DNA from: Octopus sinensis
Lineage: Eukaryota
DNA length: 64,000 nucleotides
Assembly: GCF_006345805.1 (NCBI RefSeq)
Contig: NC_043008.1
Coordinates: forward strand, 48,360,001-48,424,000
Direction of reading: 5' to 3'
Each line of letters begins with the position of its first letter. The stretch's first letter is position 1. Below, one piece after another: positions 23,853 through 36,935 of this stretch. Made by a program: the position numbers and the translations under genes. The notes under the pieces were generated by a model, which saw only the letters and a list, made by a program, of their open reading frames with translations, did no database searches and was not told where the DNA came from.

Positions 23853-24731
23853 TTGGGTTGGCAACTAAGTTCCCACCGTTATTTTTGCGTTTTTAAATTT
23901 TGGAATCTATTTTTTCGAGAATTCTATTTTTGAATCATTTTGGAATCTATTTTGTTTTTGTTTTTTTCTATTTAATTTTAGTTAATTTTTATTTATTTTC
24001 AGATCATTAAAATGGAATGTCAAGTTAAGAAAAACGAGCATTTTCGACACCTTCTTTTTGCTTTTAATCAAGGTTCTAAGGCCGCAAAAGCTGCTCCCGA
24101 CATTGTGTATGGAGAGGGTGCCATAGCTGAAAGAACTGCTCATGATTGGTATGCCAAGTTCAAAACTGTAAATTTTGACCTCAAAGATGCACCTCATTCT
24201 GGCTGTCCAGTTGAGTTCGATGAAGAGCGATCAAACCAACTTTTGCACAAAAATTCTCATCAAACGACAAGGGAACTGGCAGAGAAAATGGAATGCTCCC
24301 ACACTGCTATAGAGAAGCATCTTCACTCAATATGACCAAGGAAGCCATTCATGCCAATATGACCAAGGAAGCCATTCATGCCAATATGACCAAGGAAGCC
24401 ATTCAAACGCATGGCTGGGAAGTGCTGCCACATCCGCCGTACTATCCTGATTTGGCACCAACGAATTTCCACCACTTTCAATCTCTTTCAAATGCTATGC
24501 ACGGAATTTCATTCAATACTGATGCAGAATTGAGAGCTTGGTTGGATCAATTTTTCGAGTCAAAATTGGGTAATTTTTACCAACAAGGTATTGAAAATCT
24601 TGTTGAACATTGTGAAGAAGTTGTAAACAACAAGAGTGTATACATTATTGATTAATTAGTTGTTACCTTTTATTAAACCTTTTAAAAAATTTAAATTTAA
24701 AAAAACGGTGGGAACTTAGTTGCCAACCCAA
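23853..24731 (+). mobile_element. Internally deleted mariner transposon
   Basis: Near-perfect TIRs TTGGGTTGGCAACTAAGTTCCCACCGTT with TA TSD. ORFs MECQVKKNEHFRHLLFAFNQG...WYAKFK..NFDLKDAPHSG and GWEVLPHPPYYPDLAPTNFHHFQSL (YSPDLAP motif). Confidence 0.95.
24328..24405 (+). repeat. 27-bp tandem repeat (about 2.9 copies) inside the mariner
   Basis: CAATATGACCAAGGAAGCCATTCATGC at 24328, 24355 and 24382 (last copy partial). Confidence 0.95.
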
Positions 24732-25491
24732 TAGATTAAAAACAAGGACAGGAAAAAGATAAAAACAAATGAAAATGGTATGTAATTGGTGAATATAGTA
24801 AAGGCGGAGAATAGTGATAGAATAATTTAAGAACAGAGATGTTTAGAATATCTGGAAAACGAGGAGTATAATACTGTATATATTGATAAAAGAAACTTTT
24901 GTCGCATTGGAAAAGGATGATAGATGGAAATTAAAGATTTTCCCTATACATGACTTTTCAAATAAAGAGAGGATCAAGAAGTTGATATGAGCTGGGTTGA
25001 TGGACCAATCAAAAATATCAAAAACATCAGCAGTTGATAACAAATAAAGAACAGGTCAACACAGAACAAATATTGGTAATCGAAATAAAGAAACGATCAC
25101 CATGGAACTAAGACTATTTGTAAATAGTCAACATCATTCTATATTTCCATATTATGGTCGTGTACAAAACATAATATTACGACTGAGTATGTACTTAAGT
25201 TTTTGAAGCAAAATATTATTAGTACCAAATGGAATGTTCTTCTGGCCACTTAACATTTTGTGTGCATGTGTGCGTATGTGCATGCATGCATGTGTGAACA
25301 GTTTTAAACATTATTTTACAATACAACGAAAAAATGTCTATGTCTAGATATGTAGGAGAAAGAGTAAAAGAGAAATTCCATAACTAAAATTCATATCTGG
25401 AGTGGTTGATTGTAGAGAGCAATGTGGAATAGAAATAACTAGAAAGTACACAACTAATTATACAAGACTATTACTGGGACAGCAATGTATA

Positions 25492-25786
25492 CAGTGGAAT
25501 CTCAGATTACGAATTTAATTTGTTCCTGAAGGCTGTTCATCACCCAAAATGTGTGTAAACCAAAACTTGTTTTTCTCATAGGAAATTCAAGAGAGGGCAC
25601 AGTGAATTCAAGCAGGGATGTGCACTAAGCAGAAGCTGATACTCCCAGCTTGTTGCCAACGGTTGTTGCTGGATTACATGTTCAGTACAAGAGACAACAT
25701 TTGTCACCTGAGACATTTTATGTTTGAATAAGTGTTCCATAAACTGATTTGTTCATGAGAGGCACTTGTAAACCAACGTTCCACTA
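25492..25786. mobile_element. pogo/Tigger-like MITE
   Basis: TA-CAGTGGAATCTCAGATTACGAA ... TTGTAAACCAACGTTCCACTA degenerate TIRs. Confidence 0.55.
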
Positions 25787-25899
25787 CAGTTGACCATAAT
25801 ATAGTGTTAGTGCTAACTCAGCAATAAACACTATACTGTTATTGTGCCACAGCAGTATACAGTGTTAATACTGTGTCGTGGGATTGATCATATGGCAGT

Positions 25900-26315
25900 C
25901 ATCAGCATCAAACATCTGTTTTCCAAGCTAACACGGGTTGAATGGTTTGACAGGAGCTGGCAAACCAGAGGGCTGCACCTGGCTCCAGTCTTCTGTTTTG
26001 GCATGGCTTCTACAGCTGGATGCCCTTCCTAATGCCAACCCCTTTACAGAGTGTACTGGGTACTTTTTGCATGCTAATAGTATGGAAGCTTTTCTTACAT
26101 CACACCAGTATGGCTGCTTTTTACATGGTGCCATCACAGGTGGGTTTTTACATTTTGACATGTTACCAACATGGGTACTTTTTATGTGGCACCAGTACAG
26201 GTGCTTCTTACATGTTGCCAGCATGGAAGCAAAGGTGCCTTCTATGTGGTGCCAGCATGGATGGCTTTTAGGTCAAATCAGCACTGGTGCTTTGTCTGCA
26301 TGGTGCCATGGCATC
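25900..26315 (-). mobile_element. Family C element with internal degenerate ~35-bp subrepeats
   Basis: Family C tail followed by repeated GGTGC-TTTTTACATG-GTGCCA-type units. Confidence 0.6.
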
Positions 26316-26636
26316 ATACAGTGTTATTGGAGAGACAGTAAGTACGCAGTGCTAATACCATATTGTGCTACCACTGGGAAGAAGGTATTGTCCAGAGTCA
26401 GTGCAACAAAGCTCTTCTAATTGCTTTGAATACTGTGACTATCTTGTAACAGTTGGCTCAGATTGCCGAGTGAACTATGGCCAAGTGATTAAGTATTGAA
26501 ATACTAACAGGAATAAGTTTTGTGAGTTCCAAGAATGTAATGGTTAAAGATATATATTGAGGAATATAATGGCTATATAAATCAGAAATATTAAATTTCT
26601 AAATATCTCATAGAGATATGTACGGTGGTGGGGCGA

Positions 26637-26716
26637 TATAATGGTTGTATACTGTCAACTTAACGGTGGTGTAATCCCCTACTGTCACGTTAAGTTGACA
26701 GTATACAACCATTATA
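26637..26716. repeat. Perfect 29-bp inverted repeat with 22-nt spacer
   Basis: TATAATGGTTGTATACTGTCAACTTAACG (26637-26665) / CGTTAAGTTGACAGTATACAACCATTATA (26688-26716). Confidence 0.95.
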
Positions 26717-27569
26717 AATGGCTATATATATATATATTATATGTAGCAATATAATGGTTAAAGATGTATATGCAGTATTATAAGAGCTAATGATATGTTA
26801 TATCTGTCGGAATATAATGGTGAAAGATAATCATGGAAAGTAATTACAAATAGAAACTGGAAAGATGAGATCAATTCACCAGTCATTATATGCACATAAA
26901 CTCCTACAATGCATACACACACACACACACAATTACCACCTGTTTGGATATTTTTTGTTAACATTGTCCTTAAAAATATTATGATTCACTAATTCCCATT
27001 ACTAATTTTTTTCCTGTTATGCAAAGTTTTTATGTAGTACACATAGCTTTTCATGAAAGCCTAACCAGGGCACTCCCCCCCCCCATCCCCTGCTGCTCCT
27101 GTTTTTGTGTTCAGTATTCTAGACTAATGTTTATATTATCATGATAATCAATGTCCTGGTGTCTGTTTGCCATCAGATACACAAATCAATTTATTTCAGA
27201 CAACAATTGTATATCCTTCACCTATCTTGTTTCATTCAATTTACATCAGTAACTCTCATCCCTGCCTTTCACAGCCAAACAAAACTATTCTAACATATAT
27301 AAACACCAACAAAAGCAAGCTGATCTTTGAACACCCCAAGCTGGGCTTATTACATATCACAATTCCCTCCACAACTTGCTTCCCCTCAGCTAATACACAT
27401 CACATTCTCAATATCTCATAATTCCTCATTGTTGATCACAATCTTTAACCGTGTCAGGTATGTATCGCTTGACTGGTTATTTCTCTACAAAACAACACAT
27501 CTTTACTAATCTTAATAAATAGCAACACTATATAACTATCTTTCTCAGTGGCCTCTTATGAAGCCTCCA

Positions 27570-28305
27570 TTCTTACTTTATTGACCCCGAAAGAATGAAA
27601 GGCAAAGTCAACCTCAGCAGAATTTGAACTCAGAATGTAAAGACGGACAAAGTGCCACTAGGCATTTCATCCAGTGTGCTAACAATTTTGCCAGCTCACT
27701 CCCTTAATAATGATAATAATAAATAATAATCTTTTCTACTCTAGGGACAAGGCCCAAAATTTTGGGGGAAGGGGGCCAGTCAATTAGATTGACCCCAGTA
27801 CGCAACTGGTACTTAATTTATCAACCCTGAAAGGATGAAAGGCAAAGTCAACCTCAGTGGAATTTGAACTCAAAACATAAAGTCAGATGAAATACTGCTA
27901 AGCATTTTGCCCAGCATGCTAACGATTCTGCCAGTTCACCACTTTAATAAGATTAATAATAATGTAGCAAGCTGGCAGAATCGTTAGCATGCCGGGCAAG
28001 ATGCTTAGCAGTATTTCGTCTGTCTTTTATGTTTTGAGGTCAAATTTCACCAAGGTCGACTTTGCCCTTCATCCTTTCAGGGTCAATGTACTGGTTGAGC
28101 ACTGAGGTCAATGTAATCGACTAAACCCACCCCCTAAACTTGCTGACCTTGTGCAAAAATTTGAAATGAAACCAATGATAATAATAAAAATAATAATCCT
28201 TCAAGGTCTGGAATTTGTGGGGAGGGGGTAAGTCAATTTACATCAACCCCAGTATTCAACTGGTATTTATCGACCCCAAAGGTGGAGTCAACCTTGGTAG
28301 AATTT
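27570..28305. mobile_element. Cluster of four SINE family A copies (-,-,+,-)
   Basis: About 27570-27705 (-), 27715-27945 (-), 27965-28195 (+) and 28200-28305 (-), separated by (AAT)n. Confidence 0.8.
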
Positions 28306-28524
28306 AAACAGACACTTGTTTCAGTCATTAAACTGTGGCCATGCTGGGGCACCACCTAGAAGAATTTTAGTCAAACAAATCAACTCCGGGACTTTTCTTT
28401 TAATTATTTTAAGCCCGATACTTATTCTATCATTCTCTTTTACCAAACCACTAAGTTACAGGGATGTAAACACACCAATATCGGTTATTAAGCAGTGATG
28501 AGGGACAAAGACACACACATTGAT

Positions 28525-28720
28525 ATCATCATCATCAGCAGCAGCATTTAACATCTGTTTTGCAAGCTGGCATGGGTTGGATGGTTTGAGAGAAGCTGGC
28601 CAACTGAAAAGCTAGCCAGGCTCTATGTCTGTTTTGGCAGGGTTTCTATGACTGGATGCTCTTCTTAATGCCAACCACTTTACAGAGTGAACTGGATGCT
28701 TTTTATATGGCACCAGCATG
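28525..28720 (-). mobile_element. Family C element
   Basis: CATTTAACATCTGTTTTGCAAGCTGGCATGGGTTGG...CTTCTTAATGCCAACCAC. Confidence 0.65.
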
Positions 28721-28773
28721 GGTTAAGAATACTCGGTTGGATAGGGAAGCAGGGGACAGCCGGTACACAAGGA

Positions 28774-28804
<31 letters not shown>

Positions 28805-28959
28805 AATTAGAAAACAACACCTTTCATAAATTCAATAATGAAAAATTAAATTATACCATCTAGAAAATTACATCTTATAGAAAGATTAAATATAAGATAA
28901 AACATAATGATGATTAAGTAATGTGCAAAATATAATGTGTGTGTATATATATACACACA

Positions 28960-29120
28960 CACAGTGGGCTTCTTCCAATTTCCATCTACCAAATCCACTC
29001 ACAAGGCTTTGGTTAGCCTGAGGCTATAGAAGAAGACACTTGTCAAAGGCATCACAGAGTGGGACTGAACCCAGAATAATGAGGTTGAGAAGTAAACTTC
29101 TTACCACATAAGCACACGCA
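28960..29120 (-). mobile_element. SINE family B
   Basis: TCTACCAAATCCACTCACAAGGCTTTGG...GACACTTG...GTGGGACTGAACCC. Confidence 0.7.
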
Positions 29121-29689
29121 TACTCATATTAGAAAATTGGCGTTAGTGAATATATTTGATGAAAATTAATGGAGCCAATTTTCCATCATTAAATTAAATA
29201 AAAGCACCTCAACATAAAGAATCACTGTAGCAGAGAAAATTCTCCTTAAAGTTTCCTTCAACAACTTCCCTAGAACAACAATCTTTTGTTCAACCAACTC
29301 CTATAAATGGATAGGTCAGCTCAAGCAGAGATGCCAGGGACTAACCTCAGCAACTCCTTACTGATTTTATGTAAAAATTAAGCTTTTAGTTTAGTACTAC
29401 AAATGTCTCTCCCTTTTTTTTACAAGCCATTTGTCTATTTCTGATTAACAGACTGCTCAGTCTGTCTCAAGGGATAACTACAAATATATTCACCTAGCTT
29501 TGACCAAGTAAGTTCTCCCCAACAAATATGACTACATCGTGTGACTACACAACTAGATACACATTAGTAAGACATTATACAGGGTGTCCACAAAACTTCT
29601 GGTGATTTGCTATACTTGAGAAGACACATTAAGCTACGTAAAATTGAGGTCATACATAAAGATATGTCCCTTATAACCATGCCATCCAC

Positions 29690-30040
29690 TGAGAGATCCT
29701 TGTCTTACAGGTTCAAGGGTGCTGGTGCCATGTAAAACATACTTGTGTTGGTGTCACATAAAAAGCACCCATGCCAGTGCCACATATAAAGCACCCGCAC
29801 TGATGCAGTGTAAAAAGCACCCAGTAAACTTGTAAAGTGGTTTGGGCTTTATGAAGGGTATCCAGCCATGGAAACCTAAGCCTACACTGACAACTGGAAC
29901 CTGGTGCAGCCCTTGGCCTCGCCAGCGCCTGTCAAGCCATGCAACCCATACCAGCATGGAAAACAGACATTAATTGATGATGATGATGGTGATGATGATG
30001 ATGGTGGTGATGATGGTGGTGATGATGATGATGATGACAG
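29690..30040 (+). mobile_element. Family C element with expanded (GAT/GGT)n tail
   Basis: AAAAGCACCC subrepeats, CAACCCATACCAGCATGGAAAACAGAC, then (GAT)n at 29975-30037. Confidence 0.7.
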
Positions 30041-31499
30041 TTCTATAAGATGTCTTTTAGTATTTACTTCAGCATTGAGTTCAAATCCTTTTCATCGTTC
30101 CTTAATCAATGGATTTAGCATCCATTACGTGTCAGAGTTGATTCCGTTATTTTGGTTTTGTGCAGTTTAGAAATGTAAGTTGACACAAACGGTAGACAAT
30201 GATTAGATGCCTCCCATTCCAGGTTCAAATCACATCACTATTAATTTTACCCTTCAAATTTGTGACTTTATTAAAACAACTCCTAAAAAAATATTCAATC
30301 ACCCCTGCAAAAATTTATTTTGTGTCTGACAAATAGAAATCCCATTACACAAAATGGCCCATAACATTAGAAAAGACCAGATTTGATTCCTATTTTCCCC
30401 TTACTGGACCCTCCTAGTCATTCTGTGTTTAAAAAATCCTATTATTAGGAAGTGTTATTAAAAAATTCTTAAAATATTTTGTGTATTGGAGAAGCGTAAC
30501 CAGTTTTATTGCACACAAATTTTAACAATAAAATCTTATGTAGACCCACAGGGGCCATCCAGACCCTGGTTGAGAACCACTAGAATAGACATTTTACATT
30601 CACTGCTTCACTGTTCCAAAGTTAAAATTCCATGTTCACTTGCCCACCTTTCATCGAACATAAACATCACTAATTAGTTAGTTTAATCAATTAAGTTTAA
30701 TCAATTACACCCACCTCCTACAAAATATGTCCCTAATCAATAGCATAAGTAATATACTGAGACTGGCAGTGTCGGAATTAGCAGAGTTTCACTGCATGTA
30801 CTACTACTACTGCTGCTGCAGCTGCTGCTGCTATTACAACCACAAACATTGCCATCTTTCTGAGGTCAATAAAAAATAATTATCAGTAATACACTGATAC
30901 TGGACCAATCAACTGTAGACTTGCACCACCAACCGACAAGAATTGGCTTTCAAGTTTATCCAAAGAAATCAATATTCTATAAACAATATTAGTAGAATGG
31001 ATTCAGAATAACAAAGACTGTGGAATGATCTAAATATCACAAACCACCACCACCAACACCATCACCATCACAACAACAACAACCAATTATTACATTATTA
31101 CATTGTTCTTCAATCCAAATCAGTTTTTTTTTTCTTTTCACATTAGGTCTGTTTAAAAAAAAAATCCACTCTCGACATCATTGATTAATTTTTGTCCTCT
31201 AAGGTCTCACAACTTTCTCAAATTCTCACAACAAATCCCAGTCAAAAGATATTTTCTTTAAGGAAAGTGAAGCTGTTGAGAACCTGACCAAAATAAACTT
31301 CTTGCCACACTGCTACACCATGAAAATAAACACCTTGTCACAGTCTGCCATTTCACAGCATTTCATTCAAACATTCCACTGACTTATTTTTCATTTCATG
31401 ACCATTTCAAAGCCACCACAGAAATTCAGTTGCTTGACTAATCTACAAATATCATTGGAGTAACCACATTTTAAAATGAGAAACAATATTTCTACTGCC

Positions 31500-32170
31500 A
31501 CACATAGAAAATGGTCCTCTTTTCAGATATAGACTTAGCTGAAATTTGTTAACCAGGGGCCGTTGCCAAAGAGTTTTAATCTTAGAGAATTGTCAGCCAC
31601 AGTCATTTTACATCAGATATTCCCTTTTACTTCAATACAATACTCCTGAATATCCTGTTTTACTCAACGTATTTATTTATCAATCAGATGGTAAGTCATT
31701 CAACTGAGACTGACTTCATGTCAGAGGGAAGACCCCATCAATATGAATACACAATATGCACAACAGTAAGTGCTTAACGGCCAACTTTAGTTAAAACTAA
31801 AAAGGTGTCTTGCTTCATCAACAAGTAGGAACCTGCTATTTGGGAGACTTGGTGAGACATGGAAAATATTGAGCACTTTCAATATCTGGTAAATCACCAA
31901 TCACAGAACACAATTATTGATGATGAGGTTGCAAGAATAATCTTTGATAATCTGAGTAGATGAATTTAAGGAGATTATGATCTCTATATAGAACTTGACA
32001 ACTACTGTTATGGTGTATAAGGCAGTTACCAGTTTATAGGCTACACCTCCAGAAGTTGGAATCATTGAGTTTAACAAAAAGTCTGTTTGGTTTATGTTGA
32101 CACTAAACTTCAAGCCCTCTAATAAGCAGCCAACTTCAGTCTCTCCCTTCCACACGCACACTCATTAGAT
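31500..32170 (+). mobile_element. Decayed RTE (BovB-like) LINE RT fragment
   Basis: Fragmentary FNLRE, IDDEVARI and MVYKAV peptides, typical of the RTE RT C-terminal region. Many stops. Confidence 0.4.
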
Positions 32171-32234
32171 ACTTCACACATCAACATAGTTCAGTGCAAA
32201 CTTGCAACAATTGTATTTTTTGTGCTTGGGTTCA

Positions 32235-33100
32235 CCCTGAAAATCAAGAACCAAAATGAACATTGTACTTTTTTTTCATTTTAAAAAAGGCAAGAAAGTG
32301 GAAGAAGCCAGCAGGAAGATATGTTTTGTTTCTGGGGAGGATGCTGTTATGGAACGTGTGTCAGAAATGGTTTCCAAGATTTCGATTGGGTAATATTTTG
32401 GTTCAAGATGCACGTCACTCTGCTTGACTAACTGAGATTATCAGTTGACAAAATGTAGCAGTCAACACCAAACCCTCCTCATTATGTGACTAAAATGATG
32501 GCAGATATTCTCCAAATATCCAAATTGAGTGTTGCAAAACCATCTGCATCAACTTGGCTCCATCAGCAGGTTCAATGTTCGAGTCTGGCATCATTTGAAT
32601 GAGGTTAACTTTGCCCAACAGAAATGTAAAGAAAGCAACCCTTTTCAGCAAACCACCACAAACAACTTCCAAAGCAGGACTTCACCCAAAGGAAGTTATA
32701 CTTTCTGTTTGGTGGGATTGGAAGGGTAGTGCCTTTTATGAGCTTCTTCCCATGGACAGGACCATCAATTTGGATGTGTACTATGACTAACACAACAAAT
32801 CAAAAGCAACCATCCACAAGAAGTATCCAGCACTTGCTAATCATATGAGCATTGTCTTTCATCACAATGCCAGACCACACACGTTTTGCAGATGCAACAA
32901 AAGTTACTGGGGCTTGGCTGGGAAGTTTTGCTGCACTTTCCATATTTGCCTTCAGATTTTCACCTGTTTTGGTCTCTTCAAAATCTAACTCTGAACAGGA
33001 TGTAAAAGTTCACTTGGAAGGGTTTGGCTAGTAAAGACAGGAAATTTTTTGAGCATGGAATAATAGATCTATCCACAAGATGTCAAAAGGGGTTGATTTG
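32235..33100 (+). mobile_element. Heavily decayed mariner transposase pseudogene
   Basis: FHFKKGKK..EASRKIC, KAGLHPKEVILSVWWDWKGSAFYELLPMDRTIN, NARPH, LGWEVL and PSDFHLF motifs with frameshifts. TIRs not recognised. Confidence 0.85.
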
Positions 33101-34556
33101 CAACAGTTTAAATGGAACAATAATAGCATGCTAATCTTGGAGGCCCTACAAAAGCCAGAGGCACTGCCCCTTCTAAGAGATCAAGCAAGTGAAACAGAAA
33201 ATATCTTGTTATTTTCTTCTCAATATACTTCTGTATTGTTTTAATTTCCTCTTAATTATACAAACAAAACAAAGAAACAGGTATAAGAAAGAAATTTAAA
33301 ATATAAAAAGGCATATTTTTTATACAAAAAAAATTATCCATTGGAGGGAGAGAGAGAGAGAGAGAGAGAGAGGTTACTGTAGTTTGGGTTTCACCAGTCA
33401 CAAGGACAGACATAAATGGTTTTTGTTTAAAAAGAAAATCAAAAGCAACTGCAACTAGAAATTAAAAAAAATGCAGGCAATTAATCAGGTTATTGTCTAA
33501 AAAGAAAGATAAGGTAGAGATAACAACAACAACAGTGGCAAAAACAAATGCATTTGTGGTTGTAGTGATAATATAACATGCCAACATGACTGAGACATGA
33601 TGGAAAAGAAAATGAAAAATTAGCATTGCTTTCGTAATTGTAGCTAAAATGGTTGCAAACTCTGGCTACAAAACATTGAAGAATTATCGAATTTCATGGC
33701 ATGTCAATAGGAATGTCAAAAGGCAATCAAATGTGGAGAAACTGAAGAGACATGTAATGTTTGTTAGTCAATGGTTTTCTTTTCTGTCAAGAACAACAAG
33801 ATGAAGATATTGAGAAATGAGTCACTTGCTCCACGTGAGGGAAATGGAAGAAAGTTTTTTTTTTTTGAGAGAAAAAATTAATTATAACTTGTTAAACAGG
33901 AGGATTTGGTCAGTATTCAGAGAGGATTTAGAAAGATTAATGATGTGCATTCTTGCTACATAAGACATTTAACATTACACTACAACTGGGAGATTTATTG
34001 AGAGAGGCTTTTGCTCAACACTCAACAATTATGAAAGGAGAATGCCTTAGAGTGAAGTGTGAGTTAGAATATGAGAGAGAAGTAAGGAGAGAGGACAGAG
34101 AGAGAGAGAGAGAGAGAAGATAAAGAGAGAGAAAGTAAGGGAGAAAAGAGGTGAGAGTAAATTGAATCAGACAAGAAAACTGTCCCCATCCAAATTAATG
34201 GAGAGGATGAAGAATATGTTTTAGAATTAGTGAACAACACACAGACAGAAAGGCAAGCAAGCAGGCAGACAGACAGATTTGTCTGCTATGTCTAGCAAGA
34301 GAGGTGAGCACAAAGAGGCTAGTTTATTGGCTTGTGATGAAGTATGTTATAGCGAGATGCAGAAAGCAAGAACGTAGTTTCAAATAGACAACGACCATAC
34401 TGGAGCTCCATCTCCACAGGAAGAGATAATCCACCACCAGCACCCAAAATATTTGACTGATATCAGAATGGTAGCAAAATCCACCTGGACAGGATTTGAA
34501 AGAGGAAGTATTTTAGCTGAGATTCTATTAGTTCTTCCAATTGTAACCACTCTCAT

Positions 34557-34560
34557 TGTG

Positions 34561-34613
<53 letters not shown>

Positions 34614-35422
34614 GTGTGTGTGTGTGTGAGACAAGAACATGGAAGCAGGGGAAACAACTCCAGTGTTAGTTGTTTGGTTATCGATGCAGCTTTCCAGTAG
34701 GAAAAAGGTAAGCGGAGGCACTTGGAACTGACGGAGGAAATCGCCTGAAAGAAAGATTAAAGAGAAAAAAGAGCTGTGTTGAAGCTCAAGTGCACAACCC
34801 TAGCACTTAAACCAAGCGGAAAATACAGTGTGTGTGTGTGTTAACCAATTTCAACATTTGTGTAAAACAAGAGCAAATTGATGTCTTTCAGAAAGGATGT
34901 TAGCATTAGTAATAGATTAAAGGTTACAAGCTGAACTAATAGTCATGCATGAAAGAGCATGCTGTATGGATGAAAGAGAAGAAAACAGAGGGGCAGAGAA
35001 TGAGGAAGAAGAAGAAGACAACAATGATACAACAACTATGAAGAAAAAGAAGAAAAACTAATCTACAAAATGCTAAAAGAACAAAACAAATTGAAGAAAT
35101 CTACCGTCATGGTATTGGATATTCCAGAGCTCAAGTTCTGAAAAAGAAATCAGATTAAAGTTTTTATCTTCTTACACTACTCTCATATACATGTGTACAC
35201 ACAGACAGACAACAGGCCTAACCTAGAGACAGACAACACACACACACACACACACCAACAGTTAAACAATATGGCACATATACAGCTGAAAGGCAAATCA
35301 TAATAATATTATCTTGATGATCAAAATCATACTTATTGTTATCAACTCCAGGATCTGAATGTAAATAGTCTTTTCGAGTCATCCAATACCTTGCCTTTAT
35401 TTATTTATATAACATCATACAA

Positions 35423-35493
<71 letters not shown>

Positions 35494-36323
35494 GTGTGTG
35501 TGTGTGTGTGCGTGTGTGTGTGTGTGTGTGAGACAAGAACATGGAAGCAGGGGAAACAACTCCAGTGTTAGTTGTTTGGTTATCGATGCAGCTTTCCAGT
35601 AGGAAAAGGTAAGCGGAGGCACTTGGAACTGACGGAGGAAATCGCCTGAAAGAAAGATTAAAGAGAAAAAAGAGCTGTGTTGAAGCTCAAGTGCACAACC
35701 CTAGCACTTAAACCAAGCGGAAAATACAGTGTGTGTGTGTGTTAACCAATTTCAACATTTGTGTAAAACAAGAGCAAATTGATGTCTTTCAGAAAGGATG
35801 TTAGCATTAGTAATAGATTAAAGGTTACAAGCTGAACTAATAGTCATGCATGAAAGAGCATGCTGTATGGATGAAAGAGAAGAAAACAGAGGGGCAGAGA
35901 ATGAGGAAGAAGAAGAAGACAACAATGATACAACAACTATGAAGAAAAAGAAGAAAAACTAATCTACAAAATGCTAAAAGAACAAAACAAATTGAAGAAA
36001 TCTACCGTCATGGTATTGGATATTCCAGAGCTCAAGTTCTGAAAAAGAAATCAGATTAAAGTTTTTATCTTCTTACACTACTCTCATATACATGTGTACA
36101 CACAGACAGACAACAGGCCTAACCTAGAGACAGACAACACACACACACACACACACCAACAGTTAAACAATATGGCACATATACAGCTGAAAGGCAAATC
36201 ATAATAATATTATCTTGATGATCAAAATCATACTTATTGTTATCAACTCCAGGATCTGAATGTAAATAGTCTTTTCGAGTCATCCAATACCTTGCCTTTA
36301 TTTATTTATATAACATCATACAA

Positions 36324-36366
<43 letters not shown>
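34557..36366 (+). repeat. Near-perfect 901-bp tandem duplication bounded by (TG)n tracts
   Basis: 34629-35424 matches 35531-36325. The only difference I saw is GAAAAAGG versus GAAAAGG. TG tracts lie at 34557-34628, 35425-35530 and 36326-36366. Confidence 0.95.
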
Positions 36367-36368
<2 letters not shown>

Positions 36369-36649
36369 GGGGAGAGAGAGAGAGAAAGAGAGACTATATG
36401 TTAGTCGTATATTATGGAGATGGGTAAAGGTAGAGGTGTGTTTTCCCTTGGTGTAGGTGGTGCAAGTGACAAGTTATCTTAATAGTTCAAAAGGACCATT
36501 CCTTCTCCTGCAGTTTATCTTTAATCTTAAAAACAAACAATATAGAAATTCTTATTGCTGCCGTTGCTACCAATGATTATCTGCAATTTGGAACCTGCAC
36601 AACATTCTCTGACAACACATCAATTGAGCTTTCTTAACAGACAAACAGC

Positions 36650-36935
36650 CATCATCATCATCATCATCATCATCGTTTAGCATCTGCTTTCCATGCTAGC
36701 ATGGGTTGGACGATTTTGACTGAGGGCTGGCAAACCAGATGGCTACACCAGGCTCCAATCTTGATTTGGCAGAGTTTCTACAGCTGGATGATCTTCCTAA
36801 CGCCAACCACTCCAAGAGTGTTGTGGGTGCTTTTTACATGTCACCAGCATGGAGGCCGGTCAGGCGGTACTGGCAACGACCTCGCTCGAATCTTTTTACA
36901 CATGCCACCGGCACAGGAGCCAGTAAGGCAACGTA
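36650..36935 (-). mobile_element. Family C element with (CAT)n tail
   Basis: Near-identical to 17445-17727. Confidence 0.75.

Noticed and set aside
25938-26420. 160-aa ORF
   Set aside because: It reads through a family C repeat and its subrepeats. Similar peptides arise at every copy (17408, 36701).
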